Positions 1 through 13,538 of a stretch of 64,000 nucleotides of DNA are shown here, one piece after another; position 1 is the first letter of the stretch; each line of letters opens with the position of its first letter. Location of the stretch: NCBI RefSeq assembly GCF_006345805.1, contig NC_043001.1:126418001-126482000 (forward strand). The letters run 5' to 3'. Below the pieces are notes generated by a model. The model saw only the letters and a list, made by a program, of their open reading frames with translations. It was not told the DNA's origin and did no database searches. The stretch comes from Octopus sinensis. Its lineage: Eukaryota. Position numbers and translations under genes: made by a program.

Positions 1-40
1 GATAAAGAAAGTGTGAGAGGCAAAGAAGAGGTGTGAGAGA

Positions 41-111
41 AAGCGAGAATATTTGCCATATTTGCATGACGCCTGAACATGTTTCTGCAACTTACAACAC
101 CAGCACTGACG

Positions 112-168
<57 letters not shown>

Positions 169-179
169 TACACACACAC

Positions 180-216
<37 letters not shown>

Positions 217-379
217 CGACAGGCTTCTTTCAGTTTCCGCCTACCAAATCCACTCACAAGGCATTGGTCGGCCCGGGGCTATAGCAGAAGACACTTGCCC
301 AAGATGCCACGCAGTGGGACTGAACCCGGAACCATGTGGTTGGTTAGCAAGCTACTTACCACACAGCCACTCCTGCGCC

Positions 380-422
<43 letters not shown>

Positions 423-489
423 TATATAATATATATATTTGTGTTTATATATAATATATATTTATATAATGTATATAAATGTATATATG

Positions 490-553
<64 letters not shown>

Positions 554-586
554 TTATATGTATTATATATATATTATATATATATA

Positions 587-620
<34 letters not shown>

Positions 621-698
621 TGGACTGCATCAGTGCTGGTGTTGTAAGTTGCAGAAACATGTTCGGGCGTCATACAAATATGGCAAATATTCTCGCTT
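41..698. mobile_element. Foldback/MITE-like element with ~78-bp inverted arms and a microsatellite core containing a SINE
   Basis: 41-118 is the reverse complement of 622-698 with about 3 mismatches. The (CT)n(CA)n and (TG)n(AG)n tracts continue the symmetry inward. Confidence 0.6.
215..382 (-). mobile_element. tRNA-derived SINE, family A, 5' half
   Basis: Minus strand reads GGCGCAGGAGTGGCTGTGTGGTAAG...GGTTCAGTCCC (A/B-box-like). Homologous to 9019-9414 and 44207-44370. Confidence 0.8.
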
Positions 699-1229
699 CA
701 CATATATATATATATTTATTTATATATATGCATATAAATATATATATTTATATATATTCATGTAAATGTTATACATATATATGCACATTAAATATACAGC
801 TACATATAAATATACGTATAAGCATTTTCATTTGTGGACAGCAATGTGTACACACGCATACGTACACACACACACATATATACACGCATATATTATAATA
901 CATATACATATATATATTTTATATCTGCACATGTACAAACACGCAGACACACTGAGACAGACTCACATAGTTATAAATGTCTCTGAGTATTCATATATAC
1001 CTATATTTATATATATGAGTGTTAAGTCAATTTCAGTAAAACAGTGTATGATACTCTAAAACAAAACACATGAACAAATAAGCACGAATTAACATCTGGT
1101 TATATATATTGGAATAACAGAAGTCTGCTTTAATGTTCTCGACAAAGAAAGCCCGTTTACTCTGTAAATATTATTCAACAATTTGAGCCGGTGTAAATAC
1201 GAATATATATGTACATAGATACATACATA

Positions 1230-1268
<39 letters not shown>

Positions 1269-1345
1269 TAAAATAAGCAACAAGAAAGGTTCCGGTAATT
1301 TGGTACGATCGTTTCGTACTACATCATGTATATATATATATGCAT

Positions 1346-1384
<39 letters not shown>

Positions 1385-1424
1385 GGTAAGTATATTTAAG
1401 TAGTATATATGTATCTGTATATAG

Positions 1425-1467
<43 letters not shown>

Positions 1468-1493
1468 ATATATATATATGCACACCACACACA

Positions 1494-1889
1494 CTAACTG
1501 AACAACCCGTCGTTGCCGGGCAAATTTTACATTAGAATGCCTTATATAAATTTTAGTTTTATTCCATATCAGACCATGGAATATCTTCCCAGACAGATTT
1601 GTGGAGTTTTTCGCAAAAATTCTTCGTTGAGGGTTTTTTCTTTTTAAAATTAATTACATATCTGTTTTGCTGTTTCACATGACGTTATTCCTTAAAACTT
1701 ATAACATTTCAGAAGCCCGGAGATTTTGATGTGATTTTAAAATTTCACTATGTAACAGCAACAAGGAAGACCCTACAATGAAGAGACAGACAGAGGGGCC
1801 GCTTCAAGGCTTGCATGTATGAATGTATGTATGTATGTATGTATGTATGTATGTATGTATGTATGTATGTATGTATGTATGTATGTATG

Positions 1890-1933
<44 letters not shown>

Positions 1934-2753
1934 TATATATATATGCATGTATATATATATATGTATGTCTGTATATATATGTATATATATGTATGTATAT
2001 ATGTATGTATGATATATATATGTATATATATGTATGTATGTATATATGTATATTATATATATATATATATATATAATGTATGTATGTATGTAATTATTGA
2101 ATCCAATTTTCTATTAAATCTAATTGCAATTCAACATCTTTTTTCATCCATTTTCTTATATACTTGTTTATGATATATTTATATCTAGAACATAATTTTT
2201 CATCGATTATTTTCATATTCTAATTACTTGCTCTGACTGTTTTTTATGAATATGATGAATCTTTATTAGAAATAATTTTTTCTCTCATTTTGGGTATCTC
2301 AAAAATTTGATATATTGAAATAATTTTGCAAGTTAAATTTCATTTTGTTATTTATTTGTTCCAGAAATATTGCAGAAAGATGTTACTGAGGCTTAAAGTT
2401 TAATCAATTTTACCTAATCATAAGTCAAGATTTGGAAGTTAGCATGTTCTATATGAAACCTGTCTATCACAAAATGAATGCAAAATCATTACAAGCAGGG
2501 ATGATTATTAAACAAACGAAAGCAAAGCATAGGACGACCAAATTTGTAAGAGCCTCTGAAGTTTTAATAAGTTTTAATGAATAACGTCATGTAAAACAGT
2601 GAAGTATTTTTGCGAAAAATTGTACAAATCTGTTTCGATTAAGAGGGCTATCTCTCTGGGACGATATTCCGTGGTCTGATATAGAATAAAGAAAAATTTA
2701 TAGAAGGCATACTATTGTAAAAATTGCCCGGCAACGACGGGCTGTTCAGCTAG
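1494..2753. mobile_element. Inverted pair of Helitron-type 3' ends (~210-bp imperfect inverted repeat)
   Basis: Right end is CCCGGCAACGACGGG-N8-CTAG|T (2727-2754). The left end 1494-1716 is its reverse complement, with indels, matching 2551-2753. Confidence 0.55.
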
Positions 2754-2758
2754 TACAC

Positions 2759-2798
<40 letters not shown>

Positions 2799-2800
2799 AT

Positions 2801-2834
<34 letters not shown>

Positions 2835-2884
2835 TGTATGTGTGTGTGCGTGTGTATCTCTGTGTGTGTGTGTGTGTATGCATA

Positions 2885-3130
2885 CTAGCAGCTAAGTCCG
2901 GTTTCACCCGGTCTGTTTGGATGATGTAGCTGTGATCGTTTTCGGTTCGGCATAATCTATAACACCGTTTCTCAACCTTATCATTTCGGGTTCCCTGTTT
3001 CGATTGGAGCCTCCAGCTGTATGAAAATTTCCTGACTCCTACCCCGCCGCCCTTGTCAGAAAACAGCCTCAGAAGTTGTGAAGAACGAATTTTTACGTAG
3101 TCTGTTTCTGAGAGCTATTTTATTGGACCT
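2885..3130 (-). mobile_element. Probable non-autonomous Helitron 3' end (inner limit uncertain)
   Basis: Minus strand shows a CCGG-GTGAAA-CCGG hairpin followed by ACTTAGCTG-CTAG|T. Confidence 0.4.
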
Positions 3131-4159
3131 CTGTCTAATCATTAAATCATTGATTTAATTATGAACATAGAAAGAAATTATACATTAATCGCTATTTTTG
3201 TAAGCAGCTGTATCCGTAAAAATTTTATTTGCAGGGAGCAGAAATTGAAAGAAGATATATGAAATGGACGTTTGTGCGTATTTTTACGATAGTTGATTTA
3301 TGGAAAAGAATATGCTAAATTTTTGAAATGCAAATATGTGAATGAAAATTAAGTTCAGACCTCTACATGGTAGCTAGGCCTGGTAGAAATAGCAGCCAAA
3401 TCTCCCTCAAAACACCCTACTGCCTTAATCTGACAATTCTGCCTCTTATGTAGTTTGAATGAGAAACTGTAACTAAAGATTAAGGTTATTAACCCCACAA
3501 AGAGGTGACAGAAGAGAGACAGCATAGCGAAAGTTTTGGCTGACTGTCATCCTGTACTCTCCTTGATGCTAGCGAAATGGTATATGCCGGCTGTGTGAGC
3601 AACTGGTTGTTTTAATGGCGGAAAAGAAACAGGGGAATTCCATTAGAAAGGTTTTTATCGATTTTTTCGGTAAGTCTGGGGTTTAGGAAACAGATACAAA
3701 GTGCATTCCACTCTATGCACCCGTCTCCACATGTGTGTCATTTTCCACGCGAATCCACCCAGCCGTTTGGCTGTGAACTTCAAGACAAGAAAGAATACAA
3801 TGATCGCCCATGTCAATATATTATATATATTATTATATATATATATATATATGCCAGCAGACGCCGACCAAAAATCATTACTGTTGCTCCCATTGGAACA
3901 CAAGGAAATCTATAATGAACTCCTCGCCTTTTCAGAACATGAATTTTTTATATTGACTCTATTGAATGTATGTCAACATTATGAACTGTTACATCATACT
4001 CTTTAAACGTATAGCATGGACTCTCTTTATTATATATAAAAACATTTTTTGATAAGGTTCGTTATTTCAAGAACCGAAACATGTTATATTAAAATTTGTC
4101 TAATATAGCGGCATTTTCAAACTTCATTTTTTACAAATATATATATATATATGCATGTA

Positions 4160-4270
4160 TTTCTGTGATTGTGTTTGTCCGCCCACCTTCACTTCACAAC
4201 CAATGTTGGTGTGTTTACATTCCCGTAACCTAGCGGATCGGAAATAAGGATTCGATAGAATAAGTACTGT
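4160..4270 (+). mobile_element. SINE family A tail fragment
   Basis: TGTTTGTCC...ACAACC...CGTAACCTAGCGG...GATAGAATAAGTACT resembles the tail of 9019-9414 and 45170-45390. Confidence 0.5.
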
Positions 4271-4668
4271 AGTGAGAGAGACGAAAGAGAAAAAGAAAGA
4301 CATATCAATGTGTATACAAGTCTATGTGTGCAGTAAACTATAACATAAAAATCAAAATCAAACGGATATGTTTAAAGAAATAGTAACAGGTCGAGAGGAT
4401 GTATAATGTAAACAAAGCCACGTGTGTCTAGTAGAATATAACGGAACAGGTTCACTAGCAGAAAAAAGCCATGGAGAATTATGCGTATACATATTAATAT
4501 TGAAAAACGAAAAAAATCATATACACTACAAGAGGCTTAAAGCTGATAATCAAGACTATTTTTGAAAAAGATACAATATTTAAGTCCCCACACTTTAAGT
4601 CTGTGTTTTGCCTCGACCCTTCATCCGTCTCACTGGCGGCGAATAAAAGACATCTTAATCATGGTCAC

Positions 4669-4692
4669 GATCATCATCACCATCGTCATCAA

Positions 4693-4735
<43 letters not shown>

Positions 4736-4766
4736 GTCGTCGTCGTCGTCGTCGTCGTCATCATCA
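4669..4766. repeat. Compound (ATC)n(GTC)n microsatellite
   Basis: Seen directly in the sequence. Confidence 0.9.
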
Positions 4767-6038
4767 TTTTCATTGAAGGAAATGGATTGGCAGAACTGAT
4801 AATAGTCGTAACAAATGCCTTGCGATATTTGTTCCGATTCTTTATCTTCAACATTAAAACTTTTGCGAAGACCAAATATACTTTTTCTCGTGTCGGAGTC
4901 GATGAAATAGGATAGCAGTCAAGTATTAGGATTGATTTGCGTGACTAACTCTTTTTCTTGTGAATGCTTAACCACACACAAGTTAATCCAGGGGCGGGCA
5001 ACTCAATTGATCGGATACCAGAATCCTTATCACCGAGCGACAGAGATCCAACATGCACACGCACGCACGCACACAATAAACACACACGCGCGAGCGTTAT
5101 CATTTCAGTGAGTAAACCATTAGTTTTATACAACATTAATGTAGTAACGCGACTGGCACCACGTAATAACTTACAAATGTGTGTGCTTTTTGTACTTTAG
5201 CCAAAACACCCAATGTAGTTTTATCCTGCGCTCTTTATAAAACACTTAACGTCTTTAATGTTATTGACCAGATGTATATAGTCTAGACACATGATAGATG
5301 AACACAACATAACAGGCGACGACAAAAATATATGCAAGCCAAGACGTAAAGACAAAAGCTACATATACTTATCTCTCTTAAACACACCCCACACACGCAG
5401 GCACACGCACGCACACTCGCGTGCGCATATATACATAAAGTACCCTCGAGTATTTCGTATAGTCTTGTATTTCCTTAAGGCTGGCAGGTTTCTAAATTTG
5501 AAACCCATCAACCTCAGTGTAAATGCTTTTTTAATATCGTATTTCTAACACGTTTGATACTAGACCTTAATTACTATGGTATATTTGTCTCACTACGGCA
5601 ATTTAGGAATGCTTTCGTTTCTTTATCTTAGAAAATATCTCTCCCTAATATCATGTCACTCATTGCTTCAGGGACTCATATGATAGATCGCCTAACGATT
5701 CACAAATCAGCCATGCTAAATAGTATTAGTAAAATGAAATAAATAGCATGAAATTATTTCGCCGTATTGTGTATTATTAGATTTCCCTCGCATCGTTATT
5801 GTGAAATTTATTTCACATTATGCTCATTATGCCGGTACTAATCTGTACCGGTTGTATGATTAATTTCATAGATACACTACAAAAATTTGGATGGTATCTT
5901 TCAATGCTGCTCTTCGCTTACCAGGCTTGAAAATCTATAGTTGTGAAATTATTTCATACGATGGCACTTTTAATAGCAAGGGGTAAGAAAAATGTAAGAG
6001 GGAAAATTAACAGAATTACGAGAATAATTAACAGAGTA

Positions 6039-6380
6039 GTGAAGGCGCATGGCTCAGTGGTTAGAGCGTCGAGCTTACGATCGTGAGGTTGTGAGCTCGA
6101 ATCCAGGACTGGGCTGCGTGTTGTGTTCTTGAGCAAGGCACTTTATTTCACGTTGCACCAGTTCACTCAGCTGTAGAAATGAGTTGCGGACGTCACTGGT
6201 GCCAAGCTGTATCGACCTTGTCTTTCCCTTGGATAACACTGGTGGCGTGGAGAGGGGAGGCTGGTTTGCATGGGCGACTGCTGGTCTTCCATAAACAACC
6301 TTGCCCGGACTTGTGTCTAGGAGGGTAACTTTCTAGGTGCAATCCCATGGTCATTCATGACCGAAGGGGGTCTTTACCCT
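6039..6380 (+). mobile_element. tRNA-Arg-like SINE, family B (resembles octopus OR-type SINEs)
   Basis: A box TGGCTCAGTGG, anticodon-loop-like TTACGAT (ACG), B-box-like GCTCGAATCC, and a ~340-bp body shared with 6463-6793. Confidence 0.85.
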
Positions 6381-6462
6381 TATTGAACAAAATACTTTAC
6401 AAACACTGTCGGGGAAAACTTTGCTATTTCTTCTTCCGGAGTAATTAAAATATATATGGGAG

Positions 6463-6793
6463 GCCCCCTTCGGTCATGAATGACCATGGGATTGCACCTA
6501 GGGGATTGCTCCGAGGTACAAGTCCGGGCAAGGTTGTTTATGGAAGACCAGCAGTCGCCCATGCATACCGGCCTCCCCTCTCCATGTCACCAGTGTTATC
6601 CAAGGGAAAGGCAACAGCAGATACAGCTTGGCACCAGTGATGTTGCAACTCATTTCTACAGCTGAGTGAACTGGAACAATGTGAAATAAAGCGTCTTGCT
6701 CAAGAACACAACACGCAGCCCGGTCGGGGAATCGAACTCACAACCTCACGATCGTAAGCTCGACGCTCTAACCACTGAGCCATGCGCTTTCAC
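6463..6793 (-). mobile_element. tRNA-Arg-like SINE, family B, inverted relative to 6039-6380
   Basis: Reverse-complement homology to 6039-6370 along its whole length. Confidence 0.85.
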
Positions 6794-6980
6794 AAATAAA
6801 ATATAGTAGCAATGGATTAATGTGCAGTGGAAACACTTGATTACTATAAACAACTAATCTATGCAGGTTCTTCATCAAGATAGGAGTGTCCTGTGTATGT
6901 ATGTATGTATGTATGTATGTATGTATGTATGTATGTATGTATGTATGTATGTATGTATGTATGTATATATGTATTATGTA

Positions 6981-7600
6981 CTAGGTCTGATCAATAAGCA
7001 TCTGGACTATTGCCATGGTAGCGAAGCTAAAGCTTGCAGATTAAAACCGCTTGGCACAGATTGACCTTGAACCCTGCTGTGCATGTGTACAACGTTTTAA
7101 CGTTGTAGCCAACGTCCGCTGTTTACAGCAGTGCTTCGAAGTAACGTGTGTAACGGGTGATCGTCGCATTGACCATGACAGAGAAAGTTGTCATGGCGAT
7201 ACCTGCTCAGAAGCCTGCGCGAAGTTGCAGAAAGTGTATGGAGAGGAGTGTATGAGCTACACACAAGTGTACGAGTCGTTCAGACGTTTCCAAGGTGGCT
7301 GAAAAAATGTCGATAGTGGCGAACGTTCTAGAAGACCTGCAATCAGTAAAACTGAGAAAAACATAGCAGATGTGCGTGCAGCTGTGAGGGGAGATCGTCT
7401 AATCACCATCCGTGAGTTATCAGAGGATGTGCAGATTAGTTACGGATCAGTTCAGTCCATCATCACTGAAGATTTGGGTATGGGACGCGTGTCTGTCAAG
7501 TTTTTGTCAAAACTGCTTTCAGCTGATCAAAATGACACTCGGGTTTCTCTTGAACAAAATCTCCTTGATTGTACCGAGAACGATGAAAACGTTTTGAAAA
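6981..7600 (+). mobile_element. Mariner transposon 5' fragment (TIR plus transposase HTH region, decayed)
   Basis: TA-CTAGGTCTGATCAATAAG TIR-like start. Translation KVYGEECMSYTQVYESFRRF...DRLITIRELSEDVQISYGSVQSIITEDLGMGRVSVKFLSKLL matches mariner N-terminal motifs. Truncated before the first catalytic D. Confidence 0.85.
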
Positions 7601-7795
7601 CTTTGCGTAGGCCTCTGAGCAGGTATCGTGAAGCTTTTGGTAAAATTTGATGCAGGCTCTCTACTCAGCTTTCTCTGTCATGGACAATGCGAAGAACACA
7701 CGTTACTTTCAAGCATATATATATGTAACATATATAAATTATAGTTTTTTCTCCGCAGACTGAAAAAATTACACACACACACACACACAACACAA

Positions 7796-7829
<34 letters not shown>

Positions 7830-8215
7830 ACACACACACATACACACACACATATATGAAAATATAAGGGTTGCTAGACGCAATATAAAATCAAAAAGAA
7901 AGAGTTCAATTGTCACTAATAATGAATGTGGGCGCATTGTAGCACACACATTCTAGAAATAAGAGTCAAATACCCTCATAGCCACAAACATAGCACAAGT
8001 CTATGTATTGTCATAACGAGCGTGTTTAATAAATTGTGAAGCCAATTTCGTTTGAAATTAAAGCTCATCAGTAGTACTACTCCTTCATTTACATTTAAGT
8101 CAAATCCAACCTGTCAGTACATAGATTTTGCCCTAAGATTCAGCATGTGTGCATGTGTGCGTGTGTGTCTGCGATGTGCGCATGTACACATGCATACATA
8201 CATACATGCATATAT

Positions 8216-8410
8216 AAGGGGCATCCGTACAATTTCTGACGACAAAGATTTCATTCAAATGGCTTTGGTAGATTATAGGCTAACACTTGTCCAACGTACC
8301 GCGATTGAACCTCGGATCATCTGGTTTTGTATTAAACTTCGTAACAACACAACTGTATCTGTACTTTTTATGAAATAGAGCTCCTCAGAAAACAGCATTT
8401 AAAATGGCAT
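8216..8410 (+). mobile_element. Possible mariner 5' end fragment
   Basis: TA-AAGGGGCATCC start. RIIWFCIKLRNNTT resembles the mariner N-terminal R.CIKFC.KL motif. Confidence 0.35.
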
Positions 8411-9018
8411 TATACATAAGTTACCATGTTTGAAATAGTGACTAGAAAACGATTGAAAACTCAGCATAAATACGCAATATCATGTACCGTTAACTATCCC
8501 AATAGGAGGCCAAATAGCATGAGTTATATCTACCATGTGGTGAGCGAGTAAAATACCTCAGGGAAGTGCTAGGTGTACCAAACTCACATATGGTAACGTT
8601 TCATATATAAAAGATAGGAAGTTGAAAGACTTCGATTAACTAAATTTATTAGCCATACAATTAGTAAGCAAAAATATTCTTTAGGGAATATCAAAAATAT
8701 AAACACAACAAACAGGGAGGAAAACTCCAATAATATCAAACGGTTGAAATTATTGAGGGATGGGCGGAGGGGGAATTGCTGGAAGGGTGACGTCATCTAT
8801 GTGTGTAACAAAAATGTCATACTACAGACCAAATAGAAAATAAAGCAAAATAACAATGTCAAGTAGGGAAGACGGTAAGACTCCAAGAGAAATAGCAAGT
8901 AAATACTAAGAGTTTAAGGAGGTAACCATGTACCATGCTTCACGGTGGCTTACAAATTAGATTATCGTGTTTTATCTAATTATTAATTCAGTTAACTAAT
9001 ATGTGTGTGTGTTTTCGT

Positions 9019-9182
9019 ATAGGCGCAGGAGTGGCTGTGTGGTAAGTAGCTTGCTAACCAACCACATGGTTCCGGGTACATTCCCACTGCGTGGTACCTT
9101 GGGCAAGTGTCTTCTACTACAGCCTCGGGCCGACCAAAACCATGTGAGTGGATGTGGTAGAAGGAATGAAAGAAGCCCGTCG

Positions 9183-9244
<62 letters not shown>

Positions 9245-9414
9245 GTGTGTGTGTGTGTGTTTGTGTGTCTATGTTGTCCCCCTAGTATTGCTTGACAACC
9301 GATAGAATAATTACTGGGCTTACAAAAGAATAAGTCCCGGGGTCGAGTTGCTCGATTAAAGGCGGTGCTCCAGCATGGCCGCAGTCAATGACTGAAACAA
9401 GAAAAGAGTAAAAG
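9019..9414 (+). mobile_element. SINE family A, full length, with internal (TA)n(TG)n microsatellite
   Basis: tRNA-like head 9019-9183, microsatellite 9184-9260, tail ending GGCGGTGCTCCAGCATGGCCGCAGTC...TGAAACAAG. Confidence 0.8.
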
Positions 9415-9500
9415 GGTACCTATATATATGCATATAAGCATATATATATATATATATATATACGTGAATATATATGCTTATATGCGCACACCCACCCACA

Positions 9501-9543
<43 letters not shown>

Positions 9544-9707
9544 TTACACACACATATATACATATACTTATATATATAAATATATATGTGTGCGTATGTT
9601 TATGAGTCTCTCTCTGTATACATATGACTGTTTATGTATGTATGTGCGTGTACATACATACATACATACATACATACATACATACATACATACACATACA
9701 CACACAC

Positions 9708-9790
<83 letters not shown>

Positions 9791-10149
9791 CATATGTGCA
9801 TATGCATACGAACGCACACACGCAAACGCACAAATATATATGCGTCGGTGCTATTTACACATGTATGCATATATGCGCACAAATATTTATACATCTATAG
9901 ATATATACACTCAAGCTTACACAAGCAGAGTAACTTACACATATACACATAAATACATACGCGTAAATTTTTGTCGAACTGGGGACCTGTTTCCTGACAT
10001 AAGTCAGGCATTTTAGTTGTCGAAGAATTTTAAAGAGAATATAATACAAGGCACGCATATACATACGCACGCCTACATATAAATATAAATATATATATAA
10101 ATGTAAATAAATATACATACATACATACATACATACATACATACATACA

Positions 10150-10183
<34 letters not shown>

Positions 10184-10671
10184 CATACATATATACACAC
10201 ATATAAATATTTATATGCATACGTACATAGACATACACACACATATATATAACATACACATACAAGCATATGTATTGTACGCGCATACATTTGCAATGTA
10301 ACCACTGGGGATAAAAGTAATTTAACATGCACCGTTGTAGAAGTCATCTGCTCGACAGATGTGAACATCTCAGCGATAATCAGTGTATATTAAAGAGGAC
10401 ATTTTAGACAACTGCCGCAGAACCTTGTATATAATTTAACTTTTGAACCCATGATTACTGCTACATTTCGTTATCCTACAGAAGCCTGGCTGATTTACCA
10501 CTCCAAAGTTGCTTATTTTCGTTTTTAGCAATGACAATAATAACATTTCACCAGATTACGATAATTCAATATGGTTACGTCAGCAGCATGCCAATTTGTA
10601 ACTGTTATACATTGCTGATATTTTACTGATAGATTTCTACATGGGGGACAAGAAAAAAATATATGTGTGTA

Positions 10672-10860
10672 CGAGGGGGTGCTGAAATGTTCCTGGCTTT
10701 AAGGATATATAGAAAGGCCTGGCTGGAGGTCCAATCTTCAGAGTACTTTTATAGGGCTTGGAAAGAATTGAAGGATGTATTAATCTGAATAAAATCATAA
10801 TTAACTGATCCTCCTGTATTTTCTTTTAACTAAAACCATGAACTTTTTAGCATCCCCTCG
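10672..10860. mobile_element. Mariner-derived MITE (189 bp)
   Basis: ~28-bp TIRs CGAGGGGGTGCTGAAATGTTCCTGGC / ACCATGAACTTTTTAGCATCCCCTCG. TA on both sides (10670-71 and 10861-62). Confidence 0.85.
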
Positions 10861-11003
10861 TAGGAGAGTGTTATATCGCAATACTACACAGTGGCTGTGT
10901 GAGCTACGAAAACCTCGTCGTCTGGAGGCGTCACACAACACGGAGAAATGCATGCAGGAAAGCTAAGATTTCAGAACAAGAAGTCAACCAGCTAAAATGC
11001 ACA

Positions 11004-11391
11004 TCTTTATATATAAAAGTGAAGTTGTGTGTCTGTCTACTCCGATTTAGATTCCTAACTACTCCCACATTTTGCGGTGCAGTTTAACCAAAACCGGGTA
11101 TCTTATAGTCGTGATTCATATCGAGCCCTTCTGGGTATTAGCACGCGTCTACGATGAGTCTACGATTTAAAAAATAATTTACCATCATTTTTTCCATTTT
11201 AAGGCATATTTTTTTAAAGAGAAGTAACTCTCTAAAAATGTCTACGATGAGTCAACGATTTAAAAAAAAAATTACCATCATATTTTTTCCATTTTTAATG
11301 CATTTTTTTCTATTTTTTGGCTATAACTCTCTAAAAATGCTTTATAGTTATTTCCCTTACAAACCCGAGCAACGCCGGGCGATACTGCTAG
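11004..11391 (+). mobile_element. Non-autonomous Helitron with an internal ~92-bp tandem duplication
   Basis: A|TC start (TCTTTATATATAAAAG), 3' hairpin CCCGAGCAACGCCGGG (11364-11379), CTAG|T end, no TSD. 11147-11238 is repeated at 11239-11340. Confidence 0.85.
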
Positions 11392-11977
11392 TTACAAATA
11401 CAATCTGTAAGCGGAACAGTAGAAATATGGAACACGTTGCCCCAGCTCAGAATTTGACATTGTCTTTGTTGTCTACATTCAACCGATGGTGCTTTGTACA
11501 TTTGTTAGAAACCAGCTCCTTCCTCGCTGAAGAACTTTAAAAAACGAGTGTGTGTGTGTGAATGTGAATGTGTGTGTGCATTTATACATATGCAAGTAAC
11601 GCGTCCTCACACACACACGCACAAATACACACTCACACATTCACACACACACAGATATATGAATGTGTGCACGTGAGTTATTTTTACTTTTCCTACGACT
11701 TTACAATTGATGTTGATTCGTTTGTGATCTTGATGTTCCGTGGCACGCCCAAAAACGTTGTTACAATTTGCAGCAGACTTGAAATAAATACTGCAGTTGA
11801 TGTCCATTCCATATTGCTTCTTCTAAGGCATAGTCAACATAACAGCCAGAGCTATCTTTATCACGACATTAGAGTACATCATGAAATCAGGAAGTAGCTC
11901 CGTTACTGCAGTATTGTTTGAGAATAGGAAGGCTTCCTTCAAATCCTTATGGACATACATACACACAAACACACCCC

Positions 11978-12057
<80 letters not shown>

Positions 12058-12060
12058 ATA

Positions 12061-12112
<52 letters not shown>

Positions 12113-12171
12113 TATATATACATATTATATATATATATATATACATATATATATACATATATTATATATAT

Positions 12172-12215
<44 letters not shown>

Positions 12216-12230
12216 CATACATCCATACAT

Positions 12231-12265
<35 letters not shown>

Positions 12266-12284
12266 GACACACACATTCATATGA

Positions 12285-12490
12285 TTCTCAGAATCGGAAA
12301 AAAGAAAGCTAACTAAATGTCTACAGATTCAAGATATCAGTAGAACTGTCAAAATATGTAAAATCTTTTAAAAGTTGCTCAACAACTCTCTTGTTATTGT
12401 TGAAATTCCAATGAAGGAGCTCTGGATTTGGGTTAGAAACGAGCGCTTTTCTACATTGGCAAGAAATCTAGAAGTGAAACTAAATACTAA
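12285..12490 (+). mobile_element. 3' terminal fragment of an R4/Dong-type non-LTR retrotransposon
   Basis: Encodes [29 protein letters not shown]. Its 3'UTR motif (GGAGC...GTTAGAAAC...ATTGGCAAGAAATCT) is shared with 35246-35340 on the minus strand. Confidence 0.55.
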
Positions 12491-13362
12491 TACACACATG
12501 TATATATATGCGTTCATATATAGACAAACATATATATAGAGAGAGAGAGAGGGGAGGAGGAGGAGGAGGAAGAGAGAGTGATAATGCTTACTAAAGGAAG
12601 AGATAAAGAGAGATAAGTAAGAATTACAAGGGGCTGTACTATGAAAGAAAGCGAAATTTTATCAGAGAAAAAAAATTGAAAACAAAGGATTGACATAAAA
12701 AATGTAAGGACATCAGATATAAAAAATAATGAGGAAAAACGAAAACGAAATATTTAAAAAGAATCAAAACAAAACTCGGTGAAACAATAACAACAATATG
12801 AGAAAAAATCCCTGACAAAGAAACTACCAACAATTTAGTCTTTTATTGTCTGTTAATTGTTTTGTGATGTTTGTGGTAGTTATCCAAATTATTTACTTTC
12901 AGTTGGTTTCACTAGTAAACATCCGGTTCCATAGTTGTCTTTCAGATTAAATTTCTATAGCGTCCGTGACTTTTTAATTGTATATTCTGTTTATACAGAC
13001 GCATATGTATAAACATATACATACGTACATAAATACATACATACATACATACATACATACATACATACATACATACATACATACATACATACATAAGTTA
13101 TTGGTTTTATATTATCTTGCCATAAATATTTGTTCATAAAGGGTGAGGGATTCTGAAAGAGAAATTTAAACGCACACGCACATACCACACACACACCACA
13201 CATACACACCAGCGCGCGCGCGCACACACACACATGCACACACACAAACACACACAATGGAAAACTAACATTCGTCTTCCAAGTGATGTGTAGGAACATG
13301 AGCATGTATATATAAGTATGCGTGCATGTGTGTATGTATATACATATACAACATATGTGTGA

Positions 13363-13393
<31 letters not shown>

Positions 13394-13468
13394 TATTTGT
13401 TATATACTACATATATATAATATATATTATATTATATATATATATACAATATGTTACATTACTCGGTA

Positions 13469-13538
13469 GTCAAGATAAAACTCTGAGTTTCAGATGCCGA
13501 AGTGGAAATCCACAACACCATCTCTTCGGTTATCTGGC
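13469..13538 (-). ncRNA. Type I hammerhead-like motif, design 1 (variant core CCGAAGA)
   Basis: GCCAGATAA-CCGAAGA-GATG..GTGGATTTCCAC..CATC-T-GAAA-CTCAGAG-TT-TTATCTTGAC. Confidence 0.6.
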
